Below are positions 36,911-47,768 of a DNA stretch of 64,000 bases, piece after piece. The position numbers and the translations under genes were made by a program. Every line of letters starts with the position of its first letter. Positions within the stretch are counted from its first letter, which is position 1. Below the pieces are notes generated by a model. It had not been told where the DNA came from, did no database searches, and was given only the letters and a program-made list of their open reading frames with translations. Source of the stretch: Hydrotalea sp. (GTDB lineage: Bacteria > Bacteroidota > Bacteroidia > Chitinophagales > Chitinophagaceae); NCBI GenBank assembly GCA_027364735.1, contig DAHXOT010000032.1:17495-81494 (forward strand), in the 5' to 3' direction.

Positions 36911-38680
36911 TTATTGAAACGAATATACAACTCCTCCCAGAACATTAAAACCTAAAACTTGATATTGATTCCATCTTTCATATTTACTATTAAGCATATT
37001 GTTAAATTGAACCCATAAATTTAATTTAGGCAAAATGCTAAACTCTGCTCCAGCATTAAAATCAATAGCCGGTGATAGTTTTTGTGTTTGCAAATTGGCT
37101 GTTTGGTAATGTGTACCATCCCAAAAAAATAAATCCGATTTAAGAATTAAGTCTTTGGTTACTTTATATCGCAACGTACCGGTTAATTCTAAAGGCAATA
37201 TGCCAAAAGGTTTATTATATAATTGTTCGCTTGTAAACAAAGTATAATCAAAAGCACCTATAAAAGAAAGACGTTCTTGTACGGTATATCCTACTTCGGA
37301 ATGAAATTTAATCCCGGTTAATGATGGTTCATACAATAAATTAAACGTTTGTGTATTGTTCTTTGCGGTATCGTTGACAAATAAGACTTGGTTATTCCAT
37401 CGCACAAACGACAATTTTGCATTATACGTAATATGCTCTCCTTTACTACCTTTAATACCTACATATTGCTCAGTTACTTTGGTGTTAAGCAGCGAAGGAG
37501 GTTGTTCGATATACGGATTTATTAAAGAAAGTGAGTGATACGTGTTTTTGGTAAAACTACCCACCCATCCTGCCATAAGAATTAATTTCTTTTTATCTAA
37601 TTTCACTTCGGCGGTAACATTAGGAAGTAAAGAAAAGTTATTATTATCCCATGTTGGCAATACGCCTGCATTCAATTTAAAATTGGGTGTATTGAATTGA
37701 ATAGATGTTTTAACAGAATAAATATTATTTTGAATATTGGATGGAGCGATTAATTTTGAAAGAGAAGTTACATCGGCAGTAAGAGCTAAATCTAATGCAA
37801 ATATCCTACCCACCGCTTTATTCAAAGCACCAATTCCTGTAAAATTATATTCTGCTGCTCCATTGTTATCAAAGAAATAATCCATTTTTAATTGTGGGTG
37901 ATAAATAATTCCAAAATCAGTTCTTTGTTTGTTTTGTACGCCAAATTCAAATCCTAATGCATTAAAATTTTGTTGCAATTGGTTTTTACTAAATCCAATA
38001 TTGGATGTATAACCATATTTAAACAAATTATTGTTATTATAATACAGTTTAGAAGTATACTCATTCATACTCGAATTAAAAATTCCCAATGCTTGAATAT
38101 TGGCTTTTGTAAATTGTTGAAAAGGTAATTGACCTTTAGAAGAAGTAATTTGTCCTGTTAAATTAATAATCGATTTTTTTCCATTGCCAAATGTTAAGCC
38201 TGCTTCGGCATAAGGAGTTGAATAATTTCCCCATCCTAATTTAATGTATTGATTGTTCTCCCAATGTATACTGGTATCAATAGCCATAGCAATAGGATTA
38301 ATAGCAACGGGCTGATAAGAAAAAAACAAATTTTGTGAAGGTATATTATAGATTAATGGAATTTTATAGGTATCAATAACAGGAGTTGCTGCAGTAAAAT
38401 AAATTTTGGCAGCATTACCTAAAGATGGTTTAAATGTCGAAGTAATAGTTACCATTTTAGGTAAAGCAGTATCGGCAGCTATAACAACCGGCTGAGCCTT
38501 TACCAATGGTACCAATACAGGTAGTTTCTTTTTTTGAGAAATACTTTTTCTCTTACTTACATGTTTATTTACTATGGTTGATTTCTTTTTTTTCTTTTTA
38601 GAAGATTGTGCCTGTACACAATTCACAAGAAGAAAAAAAGAAAGAAAAAAACCTGCTATGATAAAAATGTGTTTTGCCAT
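36911..38680 (-). CDS. Putative outer-membrane beta-barrel protein (porin-like)
   Basis: Signal peptide, a Lys-rich segment, alternating beta-strand-like pattern, and an aromatic C-terminus ..GGVVYSFQ. Confidence 0.5.
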   Translation of the reverse strand: MAKHIFIIAGFFLSFFLLVNCVQAQSSKKKKKKSTIVNKHVSKRKSISQKKKLPVLVPLVKAQPVVIAADTALPKMVTITSTFKPSLGNAAKIYFTAATPVIDTYKIPLIYNIPSQNLFFSYQPVAINPIAMAIDTSIHWENNQYIKLGWGNYSTPYAEAGLTFGNGKKSIINLTGQITSSKGQLPFQQFTKANIQALGIFNSSMNEYTSKLYYNNNNLFKYGYTSNIGFSKNQLQQNFNALGFEFGVQNKQRTDFGIIYHPQLKMDYFFDNNGAAEYNFTGIGALNKAVGRIFALDLALTADVTSLSKLIAPSNIQNNIYSVKTSIQFNTPNFKLNAGVLPTWDNNNFSLLPNVTAEVKLDKKKLILMAGWVGSFTKNTYHSLSLINPYIEQPPSLLNTKVTEQYVGIKGSKGEHITYNAKLSFVRWNNQVLFVNDTAKNNTQTFNLLYEPSLTGIKFHSEVGYTVQERLSFIGAFDYTLFTSEQLYNKPFGILPLELTGTLRYKVTKDLILKSDLFFWDGTHYQTANLQTQKLSPAIDFNAGAEFSILPKLNLWVQFNNMLNSKYERWNQYQVLGFNVLGGVVYSFQ

Positions 38681-38696
38681 GAATAAAAAATCTTTA

Positions 38697-41600
38697 TTAC
38701 TGTTGATTAACTTTACTGTTTTTTAATTTTTCATCTAATACTATATCCAATTTTTTTTGAGCTTCCATTTTTAAATCGCTATTAGATGCATTTTCTACAA
38801 CACTTTTAAACGTTGCTTCGGCATTAAAAAAGTCATTTTGCTTAAAATAAACATCCCCTAATAAAATGTAGCTTTTGGTAACCCAATAATCGTATGAGCC
38901 ATAATTTTTAATTACTTCAAATCCTGCTTTTTCAGCATTCTTAAATTTATTTTGCTGCAATAAAATTTCAGCTATTTGGTATTGAGCTTCGGCACTAAAT
39001 TCAGATTTACCCAAATCAATTACTTGCTGATATGAAGTAATAGCAGCATCTAATTGCTCATCTAACTGTAAGCTTTTGGCTATACACATAGTAGCCATCA
39101 TCTTATCGTCGGTTGCGGCAGTTTTCTCTTGTAATAAGGCTTGTGCATTGGCAACAGCATCTTTCCATTGTTTAAGTTTGTATTGGCATCGCAATAAACC
39201 GCGCATAGCTTCCAATCTATTTTCTTGTTGTGTAGCCAATGAGGTTAATTGTAAATAATATTTTTCGGCGTTAATAAAATCCTTTAAGTTAAAATAATAA
39301 ATTCTGGCACTTTGCAACGAGCTTCGTTCGGCATATTTATTAGGAGCTTTCGCTGCAACTGCATTATAATAAGGCAATGCAGCATTAAAATTTTTATTTA
39401 CAATATTTATTTCTGCTAAAAAATAGTTTGCTTCTATAGCATATTTTCCATCTGAAAATTTAGATAAATAATTGGTATATCCTATTTGTGCATTGGCAAA
39501 GTCTCTTTCATCGTATTTCAATTGTGCAGAACGAAAAGTAAGTGAATCTTCTTCGGAATAAGTAATAGGCTTACCATTTTGTTTCATAAAAGCAATAAAA
39601 TCGGAAGGGCGTTGGTTGGTAATAAATATGTTTCGAATATATTCTATTGCTTCATCACTTTCTTGAGAGTTAGGATATTTGGCTACTAATTGCGTAAAGT
39701 TATTTAAAGAAGTTTCATTTTTATTTAAATTAAAATTGGCAACACCTAACTTTAAATACGCTTTGGGCCATAATGCTGTAGCAGAACTATCTTGTAAAAT
39801 TTGTTGTAACGGTATAATTGCTTCATCAAAATTTTCTTGAGCCATATACGTATTGGCAATTTCCATATTTACATCGGGCAATAAATTAGAAGATGGAAAA
39901 CGTTTTCCAATGCTTTGCAATAAATCTATTTTATCGATAGTTTTATTTGCTGCACCTGCAATGATTGCCTTCTGAAATAAAGCATAATCCGCACCCCGTA
40001 CATTTAATGCAATAACATTATCATAAATTGTCAATGCTTTTTTATAATCCTTCTCCATAAAATAACAATCAGCACTTCGTATATATGCATCAACTTCAAT
40101 TAAAGAAGTATTGAATGAAATAGTTTTTACAATTTGTTGAAAATATTGTAATGCTGTAGCATATTGCTCTTTTTTTAGCAAGCAATAGGCTAAACTGTAT
40201 TTTGCATTAATGCTATTAACTTCTCCATTTACTTGAGGATTGTTTAGATAGTTAGCAAAATAATTAATTGCTTCAGAAATATTCCCATTTCTATATGCTA
40301 TTTCGCCCTTCCAAAAATATACTAACTGAAGTAGTGAAGCATTGTATTGATCCTGTATAATTTTATTTAATAATTCATCGGCTTTATCAATTCGTTGATC
40401 ATTAATTAATTCTACTGCTCTGCCATATAAAATAGTTGGATATATTTTTTTTATGGAAACACTTTGTGTGGGAAGACTTTCAAACAACACCAATGCATCT
40501 TTATAATTACTGGTGGCAGATAATACACTTATCTGTAATTCTTTTGCTTCTTGCAAATAATCGGAATTTGGATAGGCAGTTATAAAGTTTTGCAATTCAT
40601 GCAACGCAATATCCATTAAACCTAACTCATAACTCAACTTAGCATAATTAAATAATGAAATTTCTTTCTGAAGCGGATTACTGTTGTTTGAACTGCAAAA
40701 TAAAAAAGCATTTCGTGCATTGGCTTTTTGATTGGTTTTTAAATAAGCAGTAGCTAAAAGATACATACTATTTTGTGCCAACGAATCTTCTTTACCGCCT
40801 AACTGCTTAAAGCCTTCAATACTTTTATTCCAATTACCTTCGGCATAATAACAATAAGAAAGTTCGTATAAATCTTCTCTGGTAACTTTTTCACTTTTTT
40901 TAATAAACTCTTCTAAGTAAGGCTGTGCTTTATTATACTCTTTTTTATCAAACCATAAATGACCCGCTAATTGTTTTAATTGCAAATCGTAGTATTGTCC
41001 ACCGGATTGAATAGCCGCTTCGGCATACTTTAATGATAGTTCATGGTCTCCTTTAAAATAATAAATTTCGGCAATATAAAATGGAACAATTTTTTTATAC
41101 GTTTCGCTGGTTACGGCAATATTAAAAGCATGCAATGCATCATCATAATTCTGTTCTGAAAAACTAATAAACCCATAATAATAGTTAGCATCAATGTAAT
41201 TAGCATATTTAGGCATTTGCCGTACTACATCTAATAAAGGTTTTGCTTCATTAAATTGTTGTAAGGTAAAATAACAATATCCTTGATGAAATTTTAAATC
41301 GGCAATTTCATCATTATCTAAATTATCAATCACCGACTTTTCATAATACGTAATTGCATTAACAAAATCTTTATTTCTATAAAAATATTCGCCTAACTGA
41401 AAACTTAACATTTCAATTCTTGGCGTATGATGTTCTAAATTAATAAAGCTGATAGCTAAAGGTGGAACAGTTATATCGTCCACCTTCAATCCGCATATTA
41501 TATAATAATACTTTGCCTCAGTTTGTATGGTAACAGGAATATTACTTTTACTTATGCCATTGTAATATAAATCTTTGAAAATAGGATATGCCAAACTATA

Positions 41601-41738
41601 TTGCTCTTTTTGATACAACTCTTTAGCCATTTTAAATTTGGCATCGGGATCGTCATTTATTTTTGTAAACTGTGCATCGGCAATACCAAATAATGCAATA
41701 AAAAAAATAATTGAAACTATTTTAAGGGGTGTATACAT
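38697..41738 (-). CDS. Large tetratricopeptide-repeat protein (about 1013 aa, secreted)
   Basis: Signal peptide MYTPLKIVSIIFFIALFGIADAQ, then many TPR-like A..Y/F repeats along its length. The ATG at 41738 is preferred over the longer ORF. Confidence 0.7.
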   Translation of the reverse strand: MYTPLKIVSIIFFIALFGIADAQFTKINDDPDAKFKMAKELYQKEQYSLAYPIFKDLYYNGISKSNIPVTIQTEAKYYYIICGLKVDDITVPPLAISFINLEHHTPRIEMLSFQLGEYFYRNKDFVNAITYYEKSVIDNLDNDEIADLKFHQGYCYFTLQQFNEAKPLLDVVRQMPKYANYIDANYYYGFISFSEQNYDDALHAFNIAVTSETYKKIVPFYIAEIYYFKGDHELSLKYAEAAIQSGGQYYDLQLKQLAGHLWFDKKEYNKAQPYLEEFIKKSEKVTREDLYELSYCYYAEGNWNKSIEGFKQLGGKEDSLAQNSMYLLATAYLKTNQKANARNAFLFCSSNNSNPLQKEISLFNYAKLSYELGLMDIALHELQNFITAYPNSDYLQEAKELQISVLSATSNYKDALVLFESLPTQSVSIKKIYPTILYGRAVELINDQRIDKADELLNKIIQDQYNASLLQLVYFWKGEIAYRNGNISEAINYFANYLNNPQVNGEVNSINAKYSLAYCLLKKEQYATALQYFQQIVKTISFNTSLIEVDAYIRSADCYFMEKDYKKALTIYDNVIALNVRGADYALFQKAIIAGAANKTIDKIDLLQSIGKRFPSSNLLPDVNMEIANTYMAQENFDEAIIPLQQILQDSSATALWPKAYLKLGVANFNLNKNETSLNNFTQLVAKYPNSQESDEAIEYIRNIFITNQRPSDFIAFMKQNGKPITYSEEDSLTFRSAQLKYDERDFANAQIGYTNYLSKFSDGKYAIEANYFLAEINIVNKNFNAALPYYNAVAAKAPNKYAERSSLQSARIYYFNLKDFINAEKYYLQLTSLATQQENRLEAMRGLLRCQYKLKQWKDAVANAQALLQEKTAATDDKMMATMCIAKSLQLDEQLDAAITSYQQVIDLGKSEFSAEAQYQIAEILLQQNKFKNAEKAGFEVIKNYGSYDYWVTKSYILLGDVYFKQNDFFNAEATFKSVVENASNSDLKMEAQKKLDIVLDEKLKNSKVNQQ

Positions 41739-41891
41739 ACTACAATTTATAAAGTCAAATATTTCTTTTTCTATCTTAATAAAAAGTAAAATCATACTAA
41801 AGTTACTTTTATCGTACTTTATGCAAACACCATTCCATGATTTGTGGAAAAACAAAAATTCTATTTTTACATTACCAACAAAATGTGAAAA

Positions 41892-42302
41892 ATGTTTGAA
41901 AGTACCACCAAATTAAGAGTAAGATATGCCGAAACAGACCAAATGAATGTTGTATATCATGGCAATTATGCACAATTTTTTGAAGTAGGCAGAGTAGAAA
42001 GTATTAGGCAATTAGGCTTAAGTTATAAGGATATGGAAGCCATGGGCGTAATTATGCCAATAGTTGAATTGCATTGTAAATTTTTACGTCCTGCACATTA
42101 CGATGATCTGTTAACCATAAAAACTATGTTAAAAGAATTACCAACCGACCATCGAATTGAATTTCATCAGGAAATATATAATGATGAAGAAAAGCTATTA
42201 ACTATTGGCAAAGTAATTTTATACTTTATTAGTGCAAAAACAAAAGAAAAAACTACCATGCCAATAGAATTATTGCATAAGCTGAGTGCCTATTTTATTT
42301 AA
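41892..42302 (+). CDS. Acyl-CoA thioesterase, YbgC/4HBT hot-dog family
   Basis: RVRYAETDQM.VVYHGNY..FFEVGR.E motif. Confidence 0.8.
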   Translation: MFESTTKLRVRYAETDQMNVVYHGNYAQFFEVGRVESIRQLGLSYKDMEAMGVIMPIVELHCKFLRPAHYDDLLTIKTMLKELPTDHRIEFHQEIYNDEEKLLTIGKVILYFISAKTKEKTTMPIELLHKLSAYFI

Positions 42303-42727
42303 GCTCTATCATAATCGGCTCTCCAATTTTTTATAAGTTTTTTAATATCGGTATTAGATAAGTTTTCTGATAGTGCTTTCTCGGCTAATGCAACAAATTC
42401 TTCGTCACTTGCAAATCGAAGTGCAATAATTTGTTGCATTTTTAAATTTTTATTGAATGGCTTTCCGGTTAAAATAAAGTATCTAAAATTTTCTTCAGCC
42501 CTTATAGCTCTATCTTGAGCTTTTAATGCAAAACTTCGCATATACCAAAAAAAACAAAGAAAAATAATAGCAGCTAAACATAGTAAAGATGCAGAATATA
42601 AATTATCATGCGAAGTAGTTAATACATTTTGAATAGTACCACCTAAAAAAGCAATAACAGCTAATGCCGTAAATCCATGAAAGCCTATAACTAATCTTGC
42701 ATGGTTTTTAAAATTTTGTTCTTTCAT
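42299..42727 (-). CDS. Small membrane protein of unknown function
   Basis: Two predicted TM helices. The N-terminus MKEQNFKNHARLV resembles a DUF family common in Bacteroidota, but I am not sure of this. Confidence 0.4.
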   Translation of the reverse strand: MKEQNFKNHARLVIGFHGFTALAVIAFLGGTIQNVLTTSHDNLYSASLLCLAAIIFLCFFWYMRSFALKAQDRAIRAEENFRYFILTGKPFNKNLKMQQIIALRFASDEEFVALAEKALSENLSNTDIKKLIKNWRADYDRA

Positions 42728-42836
42728 GATTTTTTTAATGAAGATAATAGGTTCTTTACCAATAAGTTGCATTTAGTATAAATACATATACTTTCAATTC
42801 TTTTCTATCCATTACTTTGCATATAATTTGTTTACT

Positions 42837-44093
42837 ATGAAAAATATTTTTGCATCAATCATTACTATTGGAGATGAATTATTAATTGGACAAGTAATTG
42901 ATACCAACAGTGCATGGCTTGCTCAGGAATTAAACAAAATGGGCATAAAAATAAAACATAGAATAGCCGTTGGAGATATATGGGAAGATATATGGAACGC
43001 ATTAGATGAAGAAAGTAAAAATGCAGATATTATTTTAATAACAGGCGGTTTAGGCCCAACATCGGATGATATTACTAAGCCTTTATTGTGCCAATACTTT
43101 AACGGAAAAATGATTGTGCATCAGCCAACTTTAGCATTTATAACAGATTTATTTGAAAAGGTACTGAATAGGCCAATGATTGAAAGAAATAAAAAACAGG
43201 CCGAAGTGCCCGATACATGTACCGTTCTTCCTAATGAAAAAGGAACTGCACCCGGAATGCTTTTTGAAAAAAATGGAAAACTATTTATTTCAATGCCCGG
43301 AGTGCCACATGAAATGAAATGGATTTTTTCACATCAAGCAAGTGCTTTCATCACACAAAAATATAATTCCGGATATATTGAACACAGAACACTATTAATC
43401 GGAGGTATTGGAGAATCTTTTTTAGCCGAGAAATTAATTCCTTTCGAACAACAACTCCCCTCACATATTAAGTTAGCCTACCTTCCCAATTTTGGTATGA
43501 TACGATTAAGATTATCTGCATTTAGCATTTATAAAGAAAAAATTACTGAAGAAATTAATTATCAATTTAACCTACTAAAACAATACGTGAGCGATTTTTT
43601 AATACTTGATGATGATTTACCATTAGAAGCTGTAGTAGGTAAATTATTACATAAGCAACAAAAAACTATTGCTACCGCCGAAAGTTGTACAGGAGGGTAT
43701 ATAGCTCATTTAATCACCTCTATTCCGGGTTCTTCAAATTATTTTAAAGGGTCAATTGTTGGTTATAATAATACTATTAAACACAACTTATTACATGTAT
43801 CCAATGAAACATTAAATAATGCCGGTGCCGTTAGCAAAGAAACCGTAACACAAATGGCCAATCATATTGCAAATATGATGCAAACAGATTATGCAATAGC
43901 CGTTAGCGGCATTATGGGCCCCGATGGAGGCACTGAAGAAAAACCTGTTGGCACGGTATGGATTGCTGTAACAAATAATGTAACTACAATTACAAAGCAG
44001 TTTCATTTTAGATTTGATAGAATTAGAAACATTCAACTCACTGCTACAAATGCCCTAAATTTAGTTCGTCAGTTAATTGTGGATAACAGATGA
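42837..44093 (+). CDS. cinA: Competence/damage-inducible protein CinA (MoCF-binding plus nicotinamide-nucleotide amidase domains)
   Basis: IITIGDELLIGQ..DTNS, ITGGLGPT.DD and TAESCTGG motifs. TGA stop. Confidence 0.85.
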   Translation: MKNIFASIITIGDELLIGQVIDTNSAWLAQELNKMGIKIKHRIAVGDIWEDIWNALDEESKNADIILITGGLGPTSDDITKPLLCQYFNGKMIVHQPTLAFITDLFEKVLNRPMIERNKKQAEVPDTCTVLPNEKGTAPGMLFEKNGKLFISMPGVPHEMKWIFSHQASAFITQKYNSGYIEHRTLLIGGIGESFLAEKLIPFEQQLPSHIKLAYLPNFGMIRLRLSAFSIYKEKITEEINYQFNLLKQYVSDFLILDDDLPLEAVVGKLLHKQQKTIATAESCTGGYIAHLITSIPGSSNYFKGSIVGYNNTIKHNLLHVSNETLNNAGAVSKETVTQMANHIANMMQTDYAIAVSGIMGPDGGTEEKPVGTVWIAVTNNVTTITKQFHFRFDRIRNIQLTATNALNLVRQLIVDNR

Positions 44094-44286
44094 ATAACTT
44101 TCAATTTCTAAAAACTATTTTTGATGGTGATTTAATTTGAAGGCATTGTATTATTTTTTTATACTGCTTGATTTTGAATAAGTTTTATCAAGTTGTTTTG
44201 CATAAAAAAATACATAAAATCCCAAATTAATTCATAGATTGGATTAGTTAGTAAGATTTTATCTCATTAAAATCAGTACCAGTAGT

Positions 44287-45963
44287 ATGGCAATAGCTGA
44301 ATTAATAATGCCCAAAATGGGCGAAAGCATTATGGAAGCAACCATTTTGCGTTGGTATAAAAAGGTAGGCGATTATGTAAAACAAGAAGAAACTGTTTTG
44401 GATATTGCTACCGATAAAGTAGATAGTGAAGTTCCTTCTACTGCCACTGGTATTATTAAAGAAATTTTATTTAATGTAAATGATGTAGTTGCAGTAGGTG
44501 CTGTAATTGCAAGAATTGAAGTTGCTGTTTTAAGTAATACATCAACTCCCACTGTAGCACCTAACACAACTTATTCATCCGAAAATATTGCACCACCAAT
44601 TCAAGAAGATAAAAGTTATCTATCTGCACCTACACATCAAGAATCCGTACCATATATTCCTCAACCTGCAAGCAATAAATCAACTACATCCACCAATAAC
44701 CGTTTTTTCTCTCCGTTAGTTTTAAATATTGCTAACAGCGAAGGTTTAAGTTTAAGTGAGTTAGAAAGAATTAGTGGAACAGGGGCCGATGGACGTGTTT
44801 CGAAAAAAGATATTCTGCAATATATTGCTGATAAAAAAACAGGGAAGATACCGAGTTACACACCACCACCTGTACAAGCACAGCCTTTTTATAATCCGCC
44901 ACCAACTACAGTAAAATATAGTCAGCAACCAACTGTTCAGCCTGTACCAAATATACCAACTTCAGCACCTATTGCTAAACCTGTTGAAGCAGTTACAGAA
45001 TCTGTTAACATTCAGCCACAACCCATATATATTCCTCCACAACCGGTGGTTTCTCAACCAGTAATTACTACGGAACAACCACTTGTTCAAGAAATTTCAA
45101 TACCTCCATCAACACCTGTTAATGTCGATCAACCTATTGTACAAACAGTTGTTGAGAAGACTATTATACCCGAAGTTGAAACAAGACTTGAACCTGTAAC
45201 TATACCAACAGAGCCTGCCAAACCAAGTGTTGAAATAATTGAAATGGATAGAATGCGCAAATTAATTGCACAACACATGGTTAATAGCAAGCATACTAGT
45301 GCACATGTTACAAGTTTTGCTGAAGCCGATGTTACCAATATGGTTATATGGCGTGACAGAATTAAAACCGATTTTGAACAAAAAGCCGGTACAAAAATCA
45401 CTTTCACACCAATGTTTATCGAGAGTTTGGTTAAAGTACTAAAGCGTTATCCAATTATCAATAGTTCAGTTGAAGGCGATAAAATAATTATAAAACACAA
45501 CCTAAATATTGGTATGGCCACTGCCCTACTAAATAAAAATTTAATTGTTCCGGTTATTAAACATGCCGAGCAATTAGGACTAATTGGTTTGGCAAAATCG
45601 GTAAACAATTTAGCCGAAGCTGCAAGAATTAATAAACTTAAACCCGAGGATACCCAAGGTGGCACTTTTACATTTACCAATGTTGGCACTTTTGGAAGTT
45701 TAATGGGCACTCCTATTATCAATCAGCCACAAGTAGCAATTTTAGCTGTAGGTGCCATAAAAAAACGACCTGTAGTTATTGAAACAGATAAAGGCGATTT
45801 TATTGGAATAAGGCACATGATGTATTTATCGTTAAGCTACGACCATAGAATTATTGACGGAAGTGTAGGTGCCAGTTTTATAACTGAAGTTGCCAAAGAG
45901 TTTGAAAAATGGGATATTAACAGAGAACTTAAATTGGTTGTAAAACAACAATACGTTGATTAA
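44287..45963 (+). CDS. 2-oxoacid dehydrogenase E2 (dihydrolipoamide acyltransferase) with an unusually long P/Q/T/V-rich linker
   Basis: Lipoyl domain (MPKMGESIMEATI..W, ATDKV), E3-binding domain (SPLV..IA...G..L..I.GTG..GRV.K.D) and catalytic domain (LSLSYDHRIIDG). Confidence 0.85.
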   Translation: MAIAELIMPKMGESIMEATILRWYKKVGDYVKQEETVLDIATDKVDSEVPSTATGIIKEILFNVNDVVAVGAVIARIEVAVLSNTSTPTVAPNTTYSSENIAPPIQEDKSYLSAPTHQESVPYIPQPASNKSTTSTNNRFFSPLVLNIANSEGLSLSELERISGTGADGRVSKKDILQYIADKKTGKIPSYTPPPVQAQPFYNPPPTTVKYSQQPTVQPVPNIPTSAPIAKPVEAVTESVNIQPQPIYIPPQPVVSQPVITTEQPLVQEISIPPSTPVNVDQPIVQTVVEKTIIPEVETRLEPVTIPTEPAKPSVEIIEMDRMRKLIAQHMVNSKHTSAHVTSFAEADVTNMVIWRDRIKTDFEQKAGTKITFTPMFIESLVKVLKRYPIINSSVEGDKIIIKHNLNIGMATALLNKNLIVPVIKHAEQLGLIGLAKSVNNLAEAARINKLKPEDTQGGTFTFTNVGTFGSLMGTPIINQPQVAILAVGAIKKRPVVIETDKGDFIGIRHMMYLSLSYDHRIIDGSVGASFITEVAKEFEKWDINRELKLVVKQQYVD

Positions 45964-45971
45964 TTACTGCA

Positions 45972-46847
45972 TTATACTCTTTTATATTTAATAATTCTAA
46001 AAGTTTGCAATACAACTGCTACTATTATTAAAATAAACCCATAGTAGAACCATTCACTTAAAAACTTATTTTCTTTATATACAATAAAAGCTAAAACAAT
46101 TCCATATACAGGTTCTAAATTTAAAGTAAGATTTTGTGTAAAAGCTGACACTTTTTTTAATGCTTGCAGAGATAAATTCATTGCCAGTATGGTACAAAAC
46201 CAGCTTAACAAAACTAACCAACCCATATCTTGAAAAGATGGAATAATATTTTTTGTAGGAAATAAATAAATATACAAAGGCATTACAAGCGTTAAAACTA
46301 ACCACCCGCCTGTTAATTCATAAAACATAATAATTGTAGGATTAAAGTTGGCTTTTACTATTTTCTTATTTAAAATAGTAAATAACACACTCAGAAACGA
46401 TGCAATTAATCCAATCACTATTCCTGTTCGATAACGTGAATCGAAATGAAAGATTAAGTAAATGCCAATAATAGCAATCAATCCTAATAAAATTTCAATA
46501 CTATTAACGGCATATTTCATTGCAATAGGCTCTAATATAGCTGTAAATAATCCGGCAGAAGATAAACAAACTAAAGCAATAGAAATGTTAGCATATTTTA
46601 TACTTCCATAAAAACATACCCAATGAAAAGCAATAATAGCACCTACCCCAAAAAACTTAATTAAGGTTTTAAAGGAAACTTTATGCAACATATTTTGATG
46701 CCATAAAAGAAAGAATAAAGAAATAATAGTAATTAATAATCTGTACCAAACCAATAATCCTTCATTCAGGGAAATTAATCTTCCTAATACTCCAGTAAAG
46801 CCCCACAAAAAAACAGCAACATGCAATTTTATTAATGAAGATTTCAT
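45972..46847 (-). CDS. DMT (EamA-like) family transporter
   Basis: About 10 hydrophobic helices and a size of 291 aa, typical of two EamA repeats. Confidence 0.65.
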   Translation of the reverse strand: MKSSLIKLHVAVFLWGFTGVLGRLISLNEGLLVWYRLLITIISLFFLLWHQNMLHKVSFKTLIKFFGVGAIIAFHWVCFYGSIKYANISIALVCLSSAGLFTAILEPIAMKYAVNSIEILLGLIAIIGIYLIFHFDSRYRTGIVIGLIASFLSVLFTILNKKIVKANFNPTIIMFYELTGGWLVLTLVMPLYIYLFPTKNIIPSFQDMGWLVLLSWFCTILAMNLSLQALKKVSAFTQNLTLNLEPVYGIVLAFIVYKENKFLSEWFYYGFILIIVAVVLQTFRIIKYKRV

Positions 46848-46909
46848 GAAAATTAAAGTTTAAGAAAATAATTCTGAAGAAATAATAATAAATAGACTAT
46901 TCCAAAATA

Positions 46910-47686
46910 TTATTTTTTTTGTGAGGAAGATATAGCTGCATCTGCCATATTTGCCACTCGCTTTACATACGAACCAAATAAACTTTCCCATTGAATTTTT
47001 AAAACTCCTAACATGCCTTCTTTCAAAATTTTTCCGCTCATTTTACTTTCACCCAGTAATCTATCTTTAAAAATAATGGGCACTTCGGTAATACTAAAAC
47101 CCAATTTCCATGCAGTAAATTTCATGGCAATTTGAAATGCATAACCAACAAAATTAATTTCATCTAAATTAATTGATGCTAATACTTTTTTAGAATAACA
47201 AATAAAACCAGCAGTAGGATCATTGACGGGAAGCCATGTAATTAATTTGGTATATAAAGAACCTCCTCGAGAATAAATATGGCGGTCTAATGGCCAATTT
47301 AATACTTTTCCACCGGCAACATATCTGCTACCAATTGCAAGATCTGCCCCGCCTTTATAACAAGCCAAAAATAGTCTTTCTAAATCATTGGGATTATGTG
47401 AAAAATCGGCATCCATTTCAAAAATATAATCGTATCCATGTTGTAATGCCCATTTAAATCCATGTATATAAGCAGTTCCTAAACCTAATTTTTCTTTTCT
47501 TTCTTCAATAAATAACTGCTGAGGAAATACTTGTTGCAAACGTTTTACAATTTCCGGCGTTCCATCGGGTGAATTATCGTCAACTACTAATACATGATAA
47601 TTAAGATTTAAAGAAAAAATTGTGGTTAGAATATTTTCTATATTTTCTTTTTCCTTATAAGTAGGTATAATAATTAGTTTATTCAA
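46910..47686 (-). CDS. GT2 polyprenol-phosphate mannosyltransferase-like glycosyltransferase
   Basis: IIIPTYKEKENI, VVDDNSPDGT and MDADFSH motifs. There is no in-frame ATG near the N-terminus, so TTG 47686 (or TTG 47746) is the likely start. Confidence 0.7.
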   Translation of the reverse strand: MNKLIIIPTYKEKENIENILTTIFSLNLNYHVLVVDDNSPDGTPEIVKRLQQVFPQQLFIEERKEKLGLGTAYIHGFKWALQHGYDYIFEMDADFSHNPNDLERLFLACYKGGADLAIGSRYVAGGKVLNWPLDRHIYSRGGSLYTKLITWLPVNDPTAGFICYSKKVLASINLDEINFVGYAFQIAMKFTAWKLGFSITEVPIIFKDRLLGESKMSGKILKEGMLGVLKIQWESLFGSYVKRVANMADAAISSSQKK

Positions 47687-47768
47687 GTAGTAATTTATTC
47701 GCCCGAAAATACAATAATAGATACAATAGCAAAAATGTAGAAGCAAATTTTAGAATTTCTTATACACA

